From the NCBI RefSeq assembly GCF_006345805.1, contig NW_021834075.1:1-27066 (forward strand): a stretch of 27,066 nt of DNA, in the 5' to 3' direction. Positions 10,556 through 21,815 of the stretch are shown piece after piece. The number at the start of each line of letters is the position of its first letter. Positions within the stretch are counted from its first letter, which is position 1. Below the pieces are notes generated by a model, which worked only from the letters and a program-made list of their open reading frames with translations, searched no databases and was not told the DNA's origin. The DNA is from Octopus sinensis (taxonomy: Eukaryota). A program made the translations under genes and the position numbers.

Positions 10556-11735
10556 CTGAAAGAAGATTGACTAGTAGAAAATCGTCTGGAGGGGGATGTT
10601 TCTCTTTGAGTGAATGATAGAATAAAAGAAACCTCTTTGTTACAGAACGCTCAAAATATTCAATGAACCATTAGAATATATATCGCATCCATTATTTTAA
10701 TTATTTGGAAATAGCAAAGTTTCCATAAATGTAATATGCTGTTTCAAAAGTGAGTCGTTAATCAGATAATCTTTTGGAATGCAATACACTTATTTAAGTA
10801 TTGAAACTCTTAATTAAAATTGGCTGTGATTTATTATTGACTGTACATAAGAAGAAAGCAATTCCGATGGTTGTAAGTATTGATTTTTCCGCCTGTTGCT
10901 ATTCAAACTGTCATTTTAGTTATTTTGAACCAGTTTAAAGAACAAGAAAGGAATCTGTCACTGTATGTTGTTGTTGTTTAGCCTCCAAGAAAACCTGGTT
11001 TAATCAAGTATATGATCAAAGAAATTCCAAGCATGGCCATCCAGTGCGACCTGGGCGATATTATTTAAAGTGTAATCCGCATTAGAATGTTAAGATTTGA
11101 AGAAAGTTTTCGATGCGATTTTTCTAGCAAGTCGAGCTATTGCATGAAGGCTTTCTTGTTAGCTGAAGATCCACCCGTACCGAGTACAAACATTTTACCG
11201 AATACCATGCGGTATTTAATGATGAATACAGAAGGATCTAAGAATATCCACGCTATTACTTGACCTGTAAGAAACAGCAGCCGAATTGCTATCAAATTAC
11301 ACTCTACCGTATTCCTTTAAAATACATATTAGATAATATAGTTAAGATTAACTAAGGCTGAAAAGATGAGATATTCACAGCCATTGATCACATGTAAGCT
11401 CGGTCGTGACCGACCTTCGATGGAAAGCCAACAGCAACAACATGAAAACCATACTATTAAAAACAAATTAAAAAGATGAAATCTGCAAATTGTAAAATAC
11501 TATTATGGGACGTTGAAAACTTTTCCGAAGGTCATAACACTGTCATATTTGGTTGGTATTCTAACGATTTTGCCAGTAACGTACCTTCCCAAAAATACTA
11601 AGAATTATACCATGAAAAATAAATTTAGCCATAAGACAAGAAACGTCGTTAAGGCATAGAATCACATGGCAGAATCTTCTGAATGACATCGATCATATTG
11701 ATCTTGAAGATACGGGAATGTGTAGTAATATCGGC

Positions 11736-11910
11736 TTCAATTTTGGCACATGTCCATCAATTTCGACCCCGGTGTTCAACTGGTACTTATTTTATCGACT
11801 CCGAAAAGATAAAGACGACCTCGGCAGAATTTGAACTCGGAACGCAAGCAAGGACGAAATGCCGAAAACATTTTACACGGCGTGCTAAAGAGTCTGCCAG
11901 CTCGCAGCCT
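11736..11910 (-). mobile_element. SINE family B
   Basis: Minus strand: GGCTGCGAGCTGGCAGACTCTTTAGCACG...CCGAGTTCAAATTCTGCCGAGGTCG...GAGTCGATAAAATAAGTACCAG. Confidence 0.85.
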
Positions 11911-11949
11911 TAGAATGTGATACTGCCGTGTTTATTAGGTATTTTTATG

Positions 11950-11950
11950 G

Positions 11951-11994
<44 letters not shown>

Positions 11995-12003
11995 TATATT
12001 ATA

Positions 12004-12049
<46 letters not shown>

Positions 12050-12250
12050 ATATGTATATGTATATGTATATGTATATATATATATATGTGTGTGTATTAT
12101 ATATATATGGATGTATATATATATATATATATATATATTATACCATATGTATATATATGTATATATATTATATAATATATATATGTATATATATATATAT
12201 TATATATATATATATTATATATATATATATATATTATATATATATATATC
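11950..12250. repeat. Imperfect (TA)n microsatellite
   Basis: Direct reading. Confidence 0.95.
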
Positions 12251-12371
12251 TGTGTGGTATGTCTGTGTGAGTGTGTGTGTATATATGCGTCCTTACGCAT
12301 ATATGTTGCTACTAACCATAGAACTAATGAATTTATTCGGCGAATATATATATATATATATATATATAACA

Positions 12372-12722
12372 TGAGTGGATGTGTGGTAAGATGCTTGCTT
12401 CCCAACCACATGGTTTCCGGTTCAGTCCCCACTACGTGGCACTGGGCTAGTATCTCCTATTATAGCCTGGAACCGACCAAAGCCCTGGGAGTGGATTTGG
12501 TAGACAGAAACTGAAAGTATCTGTGCGTCTGTGCTTGTCCCCCACCATCGCTAGACAACCGATGTAGATGTGTTTACGTCCCCGTAACTTAGCGGTTCGA
12601 CAAAAAAAAGTCGGTAGAATAAGTACTAGGCTTACAAAACAATAATTCCTGGGGTCGATTTGTTGGTCTAAAGGCCGTGTTCCAGCATGGCTGCAGTTAA
12701 ATAACTGAAACAAATAAAAGAA
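12372..12722 (+). mobile_element. SINE family C
   Basis: GAGTGGATGTGTGGTAAG...GGTTCAGTCCC...GACAACCGATGTAGATGTGTTTACGTCCCCGTAACTTAGCGGTTCG...CTGAAACAAATAAAAG. Confidence 0.9.
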
Positions 12723-12947
12723 TATATATATATATATATATTATATATTCTACCTAGTCTTTCTTAGACTTTCCTCTAATAACCAACGAAAAGGTAACCT
12801 AGTAGCTTTTTTACCAAATAATATTAAGTGTGGACATCCTTTGGACTTTTGCCGATTTTTTGCTATTTATTTTTGCTTCTCTTTATAGATACATGTAGTA
12901 TGCATGGATATATACACGCGCGCACACTCACATTCACACACACACAC

Positions 12948-13017
<70 letters not shown>

Positions 13018-13532
13018 AGAGAGAGAGAGAGAAAGATAGAATTAATCAAATATTTTCTAAAACAGTTAAAAACCTGAAAGGAAATTGTTCCAATTGAAAA
13101 TCTACCAAATTCTAATTGCTGAAATTCCTGCATTGTTGTAACCACTGAACAGAGATTTGTATGGATTCCAATAGTATATTTTTTCTGTATAGAATACTAA
13201 AATAAACAAAAAGAAACACTTGATTTGTATTAAATATATCTTAAATACGACATTAAATTATCGAGATTTTTTTATCTAAATTTAAGAAATTTCCGACAAT
13301 AATTGTAGGGTGTTGTTACTCAAATGAATCTTTTATCATAAGCTTTCATCAGATAATCACTCGGCATAAACCCCAGAAATTTAAGTAGGGAACTATAATT
13401 TCCTTGCTGACAAAAATTCATTTTCCTCCTCTTGCTTTCAGTACTGCTTACCATCGTAATTTGCTATTTATCTCAATGTAATTTTAGTCTGAAGTACGAT
13501 TAGTAAGCGAACGTATTGCTTTATAATATTAT

Positions 13533-13740
13533 AAAGCGGCGAACAGGAAGAAGTGTTAATACACCGGGCAAAATGTTTAGCGGCATTTTATCCGTCTTCG
13601 TGTTCTGAGTTCAAATTCCGCCGAGATCACCTTTGTCTTTCGGGGTCGATGAAATAAGTGCCAGTTAAACACTAAGGTCGATATGATCGAATTACTCCCA
13701 CCCTATAAAATGTTGGCCTTGTGCCAAAATTTGAAATCAA
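13533..13740 (+). mobile_element. SINE family B, first unit of a tandem dimer
   Basis: AAAGCGGCGAAC...GAGTTCAAATTCCGCCGAGATC...GGGGTCGATGAAATAAGTGCCAG...GGCCTTGTGCCAAAATTTGAAA. Confidence 0.85.
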
Positions 13741-13745
13741 TATTA

Positions 13746-13948
13746 TAAAGCGGTGAACCAACAGAAGCGTTAGCATGCCAAACAAACTGCTTGCTGGCAT
13801 TTCTACCAGCTCTTTAAGTTTCCAGTCCAAATGCAGCCAAGATAAATTTGCCTTTCGTCCTTTCGGGATCGATAAAACAAGACACTGAAGTCGATATGAC
13901 TAATCCCATCTCTCAAAAATTACATATCTTGTGCCTGTATTAGAAAAG
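13746..13948 (+). mobile_element. SINE family B, second more diverged unit of the tandem dimer
   Basis: AAAGCGGTGAACC...GCGTTAGCATGCC...TTTGCCTTTCGTCCTTTCGGGATCGATAAAACAAG...CTTGTGCCTGTATTAGAAA. Confidence 0.75.
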
Positions 13949-15105
13949 CTTATTTCATAATTCTGTCGCTGTTGCTTTCTGTTGTTCATCCATTTGGAAT
14001 TCTCCGCATTTATTTTTTACCGTGATGAGATATAGTTCTTATGTAACCTTATTGACATAAGTGATAGAAAAGATGGCTTTGACCAACGATCTCAACAGAC
14101 TTCTGAAAATTTGCCTCATCAAACAGAAGCTTACAATATATCCTACCAGACAGAAGTTTGCAGTTTGTTCCACATTGCTTTTCATAATGTGCAGCATTTC
14201 TTTCCTCTGGTAAAATAAACAAAGCACTTTCTCGGCAGCGATATTGTCGAGACTGTGATGTTCATCATTTTCCAAAGAGCATTGGTTTTTACCACTGGAA
14301 TCTGAAGTCAGTTGTGTCTGGCGGAACGGCTGGCTGACATAGGTGGCTGGAATCTTACAATTTTATCTGAAGATGGCCGCCACACATTATGATATTTACA
14401 CATTGGTACAATATTATAGCTGTTGTGAGAGGGCGTAATCAAATGTAGTGAGAGTTTAAAGTAATTTGATCTCATTGGAATTCGAATACAAAATATAGGA
14501 CAAAAGTAAATTATAGTCTTACGACAGACCAGTGTTTCTGCCACCCTACCACTTTATTTGATTTCTATAATTATGCTGTATGAAACTATAAAATCAGTCT
14601 ATTTTTGAACTTCGAAGACATAATTAAAATTACAGAGGACAAGATTCATGCACACTTAGAAAATTCTGAGCTCACAATAGAGCTGGGTCTATTGACGTGT
14701 CTGTCAATTAATTTCATTGCTCACCAAACTGGTATTAGATAATCTTTCATCGGCTTTCTAATATGTGTGAATGTCTGCCTAATGTAGTTCGATAATGAGC
14801 GAATATAATTGCTTTCTTTTCATCAAACATATACTTTACCACCACCAACACCATTACTGACCTTCAGTCGAATGCCAGGGAGCAGTGATGCGGAAAATTT
14901 AATTTTCCTTCTACGTTCGATTCTTTGTTGATCCATTTCACTTGCTATCCCCCCCCCCGTTGTCAACACGCTAGACACGCATGGAGCCCACCAAATTTAT
15001 TTGTTTATGGTATGCCACATGAAAACAAAATAATTCAAATGTAATCTAACGAATTATCTAGAATCACAATATGTTGATGTCAGTTGTCCAAGTAAATGTG
15101 ATAAT

Positions 15106-15404
15106 TCTTTTTCTTTTACTTGTTTCAGTATTTTGGCTGCGGCCATGCTGGAGCTCCGCCTTTAGTCGAGCAAATCGACCCCAGAGATTATGCTTTGTAA
15201 GTCTAGTACTTATTCTATCGGTCTCTTTTTTCCGAACCGCTAAGTTACGGGGACGTAAACACACTAGCATTGATTATCAAGCGAATTTGGGAGAGGGGAA
15301 CAAACACAGACACACAAACACAAACACACACACATATACATACATACATACATGCATGCATGCATGCATACATACATACATACATACATACATACATACA
15401 TACA

Positions 15405-15436
<32 letters not shown>

Positions 15437-15580
15437 CGACGAGCTTCTTCCAGTTTACAAGGATTTGGTCGGCCCGAGGCTATAGTAGAAGACATATGTC
15501 CATAGTGCCACGCAGTGGGACTGAAACCAGGACCATGTGATTGGTAAGCAAGCTACTTACCACACAGCCACTCCTGCGCC
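15106..15580 (-). mobile_element. SINE family C, full length, with expanded internal (CATA)n
   Basis: Head GGCGCAGGAGTGGCTGTGTGGTAAG on the minus strand, conserved body and tail; internal tetranucleotide tract at about 15335-15436. Confidence 0.92.
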
Positions 15581-15700
15581 TATATGTTCATAATCTCTTC
15601 GTAAGGTATAATCAGAACGCGACAAAGACAGGCTTGCTGTCGAAACATCGCTTAACCAATAAAATATCTACTGCAATCGCATCGCGCTCTTCGTCTCGTC

Positions 15701-15774
<74 letters not shown>

Positions 15775-15814
15775 CATTATTATTATCATTATTATTATTA
15801 TTATTATTATTATT
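15701..15814. repeat. (TTA)n microsatellite at the 3' end of the RLE retroelement
   Basis: Direct reading. Confidence 0.97.
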
Positions 15815-16415
15815 CAGTAGTTTTATTTTTATAGCGTACTTTCACTACCGAGCGCAGCTCTGTGTGCCTTGGGTATGTGCTGTGGTTTGCTGTGATGCTC
15901 TCATGGTTACTGTATTGAAAGTGTTTTGCGTAGGATGTGTGCAGTGCCCAGTAGGGCAATTTTCTGTATGTTATATATGTATTTGTAAGTCCTGGTGTTT
16001 TTGTTATGTATTTGTCTGAATTTTTTTTCATCCCTAATGCGCCTACTATGATAGGAATTGTTTCAGTTTTTAGATTCCAGGTCTCTGTATTTTGAAAGTT
16101 TCTCCATTTCTTTTAAAGAAACGTTGTTATCTGCTGGTATTGATACATCAATTAGAAAGCATTTTTTTCTTCATGATCTCTGACAACTATATGTGGCCAA
16201 TTGGCCTTAATTTCTCTATCTGTGTGTAATGGCATATCCCAGAGTATGGTTGCTTTCTCGTTTTCTGTGACCTTTTCTGGTGTGTGCCCATACCATATTT
16301 TTTTGTTGTTATTCCATAGTGTTAGCATAGCTTCCAGTGTATGTAGGTCTGTGAATATATTCCTTCTTATCCAGGACTGGGCAGCCAGAGATAATATGAT
16401 TTATTGTTTCTTATC

Positions 16416-16416
<1 letters not shown>
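15815..16416 (-). mobile_element. R4/Dong-like RLE non-LTR retrotransposon (family A), 5'-truncated, decayed
   Basis: Minus strand reads ETINHIISGCP...PEKVTENEKATILWDMP...DREIKAN...FLIDVSIP...IPIIVGALG...ALLGTAHILRK plus a 3' UTR closely similar to the copy at 25713-26927; (TAA)n on both sides. Confidence 0.92.

Positions 16417-16466
<50 letters not shown>
16417..16466. repeat. (TTA)n microsatellite at the 5' junction of the RLE retroelement
   Basis: Direct reading. Confidence 0.97.
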
Positions 16467-16470
<4 letters not shown>

Positions 16471-16620
16471 TTCCCCTCATTATATCGGCACAGCTCCATA
16501 CACCCATAAACAACTGCTATTATCTGTTGGTATCATCAGGCTGTAGCTGTCATGATAAAACTTTTATATGCATAGTAAAAAAACAAAGTGCCCCGTAAAC
16601 GGACTTAAAGATATATATGT

Positions 16621-16658
<38 letters not shown>

Positions 16659-16889
16659 CTGGAATGTGTCTGTCTGTATGTGTGTATCAATAAAATTCGA
16701 AAACTACTTACTTAAGGTCCATGCAGTGTCATTTTCAACTTCTTGCTAATGCGAGTCCGGAGCAATTTTTTTTATTTCTTACACTATTTCAGTATTACGT
16801 GTCAAAAGTGAAACAATAACAACTCTATTGTAAATATGAGATACTTTCAATTTTAATAGTTTCACTATTAATCCTGAAACTATTATCTC

Positions 16890-17356
16890 ATTTACATATA
16901 TACATGTATATATATAAAACTATAAATATATATATATATGTGCATGTATCTATGTGTATATACATCTGCACATATGTATGTATATGCATATATATATATG
17001 TACAGATTTATATGTATAAATACATATATATAGATGTATATATATACATATATATATATATGTATGTGTATATGTATATGTATATGTATATATGCATATA
17101 TATATACATGTATATATAGAGATTTACTTGTATATATGTATGTATATATATATACATATGTGTGTATATATAAGTATATATATATATATGTATAAATATA
17201 TGTATGCATGTATATATGTGCATAAGCATATATACATACACTTATATATATAGATGTATTTGTATAGATGTATATGTACAGGTGTATATATATATATATA
17301 GATTTATTTGTATGTATATATATATATATGTATATGCATTTATATATGTAGATGTA

Positions 17357-17400
<44 letters not shown>
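16890..17400. repeat. Degenerate (TA)n/(TATG)n tract ending in (TG)n
   Basis: Direct reading. Confidence 0.93.
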
Positions 17401-17403
<3 letters not shown>

Positions 17404-17725
17404 ATAGTTATCCTGTTTTTCTTTTATATTCAAAGAGATATTCACATCAGCAGGACAGCAGCTGACCTGTATGACGGTACACACTTTCTCTTGTCTGTCC
17501 CACACAACAATACCCGCCCCAGGCGTTTTCATGGAATATTTCACCAGTTTCCCTGGTACTGGTATTTGTATACCTATTCAATAGGAGAGGGATTCTCTGT
17601 ATTTATTCCAGGACAGTTTTTTTTTTCGAATGGCATATTATATTGTTTTTGCGACAACATTGTATATTGTTTTCTATGTCACATAGGGAGGTAGAACTTT
17701 GACGGCATCATTTTTCTTTGAGTTT
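17401..17725 (-). mobile_element. RLE non-LTR retrotransposon fragment (family C), post-knuckle region to RLE core
   Basis: Minus strand: KMMPSKFYLPM...NVVAKTI...KKNCPGIN...[38 protein letters not shown], an RLE-like PD...D/E...K arrangement with stops and frameshifts. Confidence 0.75.
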
Positions 17726-17799
17726 TATGCAGGTTTCTTTTAAGAGACCTCAAGCCAGTTGTTAACAAAACAACAAAACTTTTAGAGAGTTCCCGCTAT

Positions 17800-18020
17800 T
17801 TGTAAGCATGTGATTGAGTTGGTGTGCTTGTTGAACTGTTGATACATACAAGCAAGTGTCTGCATCTATTTCCCTAAAGAGTCCCAAATGGAGAATCTTT
17901 GGAAAGTCTTACACATCTTCACTGTGCCACTAATACATTCATGTTGGAGAATCTGCGTCAGTTTCTTTCGCTGTTTCTTCGAAAAGCCTAATATTTCTAA
18001 GTTCTTGTGTAAATTTGTAG
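17800..18020 (-). mobile_element. RLE retrotransposon (family C) C-terminus and probable 3' UTR
   Basis: Minus strand LHKNLEILGFSKKQRKKLTQILQHECISGTVKMCKTFQRF is homologous by eye to LNTNLEKLDFSELERIKLIRRLEIQANIGTVKISKIFQKS at 20905-21030. Confidence 0.7.
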
Positions 18021-18129
18021 GTATGCATAACGTGCGTGCATGTATGTATGCGTGTGTGTATGTGTGTTTGTATGTGTGTTTGTGTGTGCGTGTGCGTGCG
18101 TGAATGCATAATTCATATATATTTCATTA

Positions 18130-18330
18130 TCCTTAACAAATTGTTGGAAATAATATGCATCGGAATCTTTCCATTATTGTTCCAGCGCCATACGAAAGGA
18201 GTTGAATATTTTATATTTTCATTACAACATCCAATTTCTTCTATTCGACGTTTGCAGTTGTTGTATCGCAAACACATATGCAAAATGTATTGACATAGAC
18301 AACATTCCGATACGAAGGAAAGCTTTGTGT
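18130..18330 (-). mobile_element. Possible very decayed RLE retrotransposon pre-knuckle/knuckle fragment
   Basis: Frames give SIHFAYVFAIQQ and MHIISN, resembling the family motifs F.AIQEQEI and HIIS.C; the cysteines are not preserved. Confidence 0.35.
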
Positions 18331-18428
18331 ATTGTAAATATATTAGCATCGTAAGATATTGGAATATAATTTTATCAGACAGTTTAATATAATATAGTTG
18401 ATATTGATTGTTTTGGAAAAGATGCTCA

Positions 18429-18429
<1 letters not shown>

Positions 18430-18460
<31 letters not shown>

Positions 18461-18667
18461 ATCTATATATGTGTGCATTATTAATATAAATATAAATAAA
18501 TATATAATCATATACATAAATATATATATGCACATATTTGTATACATACATATATATAAATACAAATATATACAGGCATATTTATATTTCATGTGCATAT
18601 ATGCTTATGTATGTATATATGTGTGTGTGAGTGCATATATAAATATATATGTGTATATATATATATA

Positions 18668-18741
<74 letters not shown>

Positions 18742-18893
18742 TATATATGTTTGTACATGTTCTGATATATTTATGCATCGTACACATGTCTTTGTGTGTG
18801 TGTGTGTGTTGACTGTGTATATATATATATATTTGTACATATATCTTTATATATTTATGCATCGTACACATATCTTAGTGTGTGTGTGTGTGT

Positions 18894-18933
<40 letters not shown>

Positions 18934-18960
18934 TGTGTGTCTGTATGTGAGTTTATGTGT
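18430..18960. repeat. Compound (TG)n/(TA)n tract
   Basis: Direct reading. Confidence 0.9.
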
Positions 18961-19289
18961 GCGAGTATGCGTGTGTAGAGACTGTTGCTACTTCTGTTAG
19001 TTTCCAGAAAATTAGACTTTGCAATCTGCAGCAACGGTTTGTCCAGCTTCTTCAAGTAAAAGACAAGATGACGAACTGCCGCCACACGTATGACGTCAGG
19101 GTCTCCATTCCTCGCCGCGGCAACATATCATTTAATGATCGTCTTCGGTAATCGTTTCAATAAAGAGTAACTTGATATTGTGCGTTAGGACTTAGGAAAA
19201 AAAACTGCTTCTTGGTGTACTCAACCTGCTTCACATACATGGAGAAATTGTCCTCGTTTGCGAACAGAAACTGTCATAATTATGCGATT

Positions 19290-19384
19290 TGCATATGTGT
19301 GTGTGTGTTTGAGTATGGGTGTGTGTGTGGTGGGGGTGCCTTTGTGGGTGTGTATCTATGTCTGTGAGCCTGGGTGCGCGTACG

Positions 19385-19428
<44 letters not shown>

Positions 19429-19623
19429 CACATTTAACCGCATTAATATATATACATGTATGTGTGCTTAAGTTATATTTATGTATATGTATATATATTA
19501 TATATATATATATTATATATATATCTATATATATATATATATACACACATTTAAGCGCATTAATATATATACATGTATGTCGCATACGTATGTTTATGTA
19601 CATACGTATATAAGTGTGTGTGT

Positions 19624-19654
<31 letters not shown>

Positions 19655-19670
19655 ATATATACATAGACAG
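19290..19670. repeat. Compound (TG)n/(TA)n tract with an internal duplication
   Basis: Direct reading. Confidence 0.85.
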
Positions 19671-20049
19671 AGGACCATACATACTAACTGATAAATAGAG
19701 AGAGAATGTGTGTGTGAGAGAGAGGGGGAAAGAGAGATGAATATAAACGTATATATAATACGGCTGATGAGGTAAATGGCATCTGATACACTTGGATATA
19801 TTGTCAAAGAAAGACATTGAGATACAGCACAACAAGGCAGGCCGTTACACACATATAAGGACAGACAGTATTTCAAATATGCAAAGCAATGAAATAAATA
19901 GCTAAGAACCGTTGATAATTCCTAACAGATATATTAATGCTGTATCAACTGATGGATTGATATGTGTACATGGAAGCCTCTATATCTCCATATATTTACA
20001 TATTTCGATACATAACTGTGCGTATTCATGAATAAATGGATATTCGTAT

Positions 20050-20050
20050 G

Positions 20051-20084
<34 letters not shown>

Positions 20085-20126
20085 TAGATATATAGATAGA
20101 TAGATAGATAAATATAAACATTAATG

Positions 20127-20194
<68 letters not shown>

Positions 20195-20196
20195 GC

Positions 20197-20286
<90 letters not shown>

Positions 20287-20330
20287 TTCATACCTATATA
20301 TATGCGTTTGTGTGTGTGTGTGTGTGTGTT
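20050..20330. repeat. Compound (TA)n/(GATA)n/(GACA)n/(TG)n tract
   Basis: Direct reading. Confidence 0.95.
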
Positions 20331-20592
20331 TGCGTATATGAAAATGTATGAGTAAGGAAATGTGCATGTACCAAATGATATATGTATGCATATATGCCAA
20401 TTTGGGACACTTTATAAGAATATATATATATATTTATGTGTATATATATTTAAGCACACACGTACCCATACACATATACACACCTATACATATTTTGTAC
20501 GTTAATGGATATATATTAATCTGACATATTGACAGATAGATTTAAAGAAATATCTCCATTATAACTTGAAATATGCATATATATGTGTATAG

Positions 20593-20676
<84 letters not shown>
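20593..20676. repeat. (AC)10(AT)17(GT)n compound palindromic microsatellite
   Basis: 20593-20666 is a perfect 74-bp palindrome. Confidence 0.95.
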
Positions 20677-20681
<5 letters not shown>

Positions 20682-20710
20682 TATACATATATATATATGC
20701 ACGTATGTAT

Positions 20711-21815
20711 GTTATTATTCCGTTTTATTTCAAGATTTCTTGCCAATAGAGAAAAATTCGGTTTCTAACCTAGATTCAAGGCTTCTTTATTGCAATTTCA
20801 ACATCAACAACAGGGCATTTTTGCATGGATGCATGCAATTGTGAAGATTTGTAAGTATGTTTTTTCATGCATATAGTTGCATATCTAGACATGCTCATAT
20901 ATACTTAAATGATAGACTTCTGGAATATTTTAGAGATTTTTACAGTTCCAATGTTGGCTTGAATTTCTAGTCTTCGAATCAGCTTTATCCTTTCTAGTTC
21001 TGAGAAGTCTAATTTCTCAAGATTGGTATTTAGGTAGTGTGTTACATATCCCAGTGTCCAATAATTACAGGTATTATCCTGAACTTGTAATCTGGATGGA
21101 CTGCTTTTTATGATCAATGTTACTATCATCTCTGAGTTTTTTACTAACAAAGCCACGCTTGGTCTTCTGCCCATATACGTTCATCCTTTCAACTGATGAT
21201 ACATTGCATGTATGCAAACTTAGTCAATGGATGCACTTCGACACTTGGTGGTTAAAAGATGTTTCCGAATGGATATGATACAACATTTAAAGTCATTTTG
21301 AATCGATGTTAAACCCCTGCCGCCTTGTTTTCGCTTTAGGGTGAGGCTCTTTACATTACTGTTGATGTGGAAGTTATGTAAGATTTTAGTATTTTTCGGG
21401 TTTTCACATCAATGTCTCGAGTCTCATCAAGCGTCCAATCAAGCAGCCCAAATGTTGGTATGAGTATGAATAACGCAAGCACATTGTGAGACACTGTTTT
21501 ATTGAATGCAGAGATTTCCGACATCCAAAGTTTATTCGGCTGTAAAATTCTTTGGTGCTACGTGTTTTGTTTCAGGTGTCATTGTAAGATACGTTTTCCT
21601 CCACCCCTGTAACATTCCTCATCATATATAGGGAAAAGAGTCAAGTCATTGATGGAGATGTTGCTAGTCTGGTTTACAGTTTTCCCTCTTTTCACAACCC
21701 TATAACGACATATAGGGCTGACCTAACTTCGACTCTGTATTCTTTGAGAATGTTGTAACCAGGTCAGGGTTCTTTTTCATCTCGTGCATATACTTTGCAT
21801 ATAGTTTCAAGTCAT
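20711..21815 (-). mobile_element. RLE non-LTR retrotransposon (family C): RT catalytic-to-thumb region, internal deletion, C-terminus and 3' UTR
   Basis: Minus strand: xDLKLYAK...LVTTFSK...KLWMSEISAFNK...PTFGLLDWT...DIDVKTRKIL...KQGGRGLTSIQ...GFVSKKLRDDSNIDH is joined directly to HPDYKFRIIPVIIG/LGYVTHYLNTNLEKL...IFQKSII*; the zinc knuckle and RLE core are absent. Confidence 0.85.

Noticed and set aside
10860-10970. GTAAGT donor, TTTTAG acceptor and GTATGT donor defining micro-exons
   Set aside because: The intron would be ~47 nt, most phases hit stops, and the peptide is unrecognisable.
15619-15660. GACAG-GCTTG-CTGTC-GAAAC hammerhead-like half followed by AATAAA
   Set aside because: The core reads GCGACAA and helices I and III are not convincing; at best a heavily decayed relic.
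16480-16550. ACAGC-CTGATGA...GCTGT on the minus strand
   Set aside because: No GAAA or helix III between helix II and helix I.
21182-21232. CTGATGA-TACA/TGTA...CAAAC-TTA-GTC on the plus strand
   Set aside because: G12 is absent, helix I needs a 3-nt bulge, and it lies antisense within RT coding sequence, so chance is likely.
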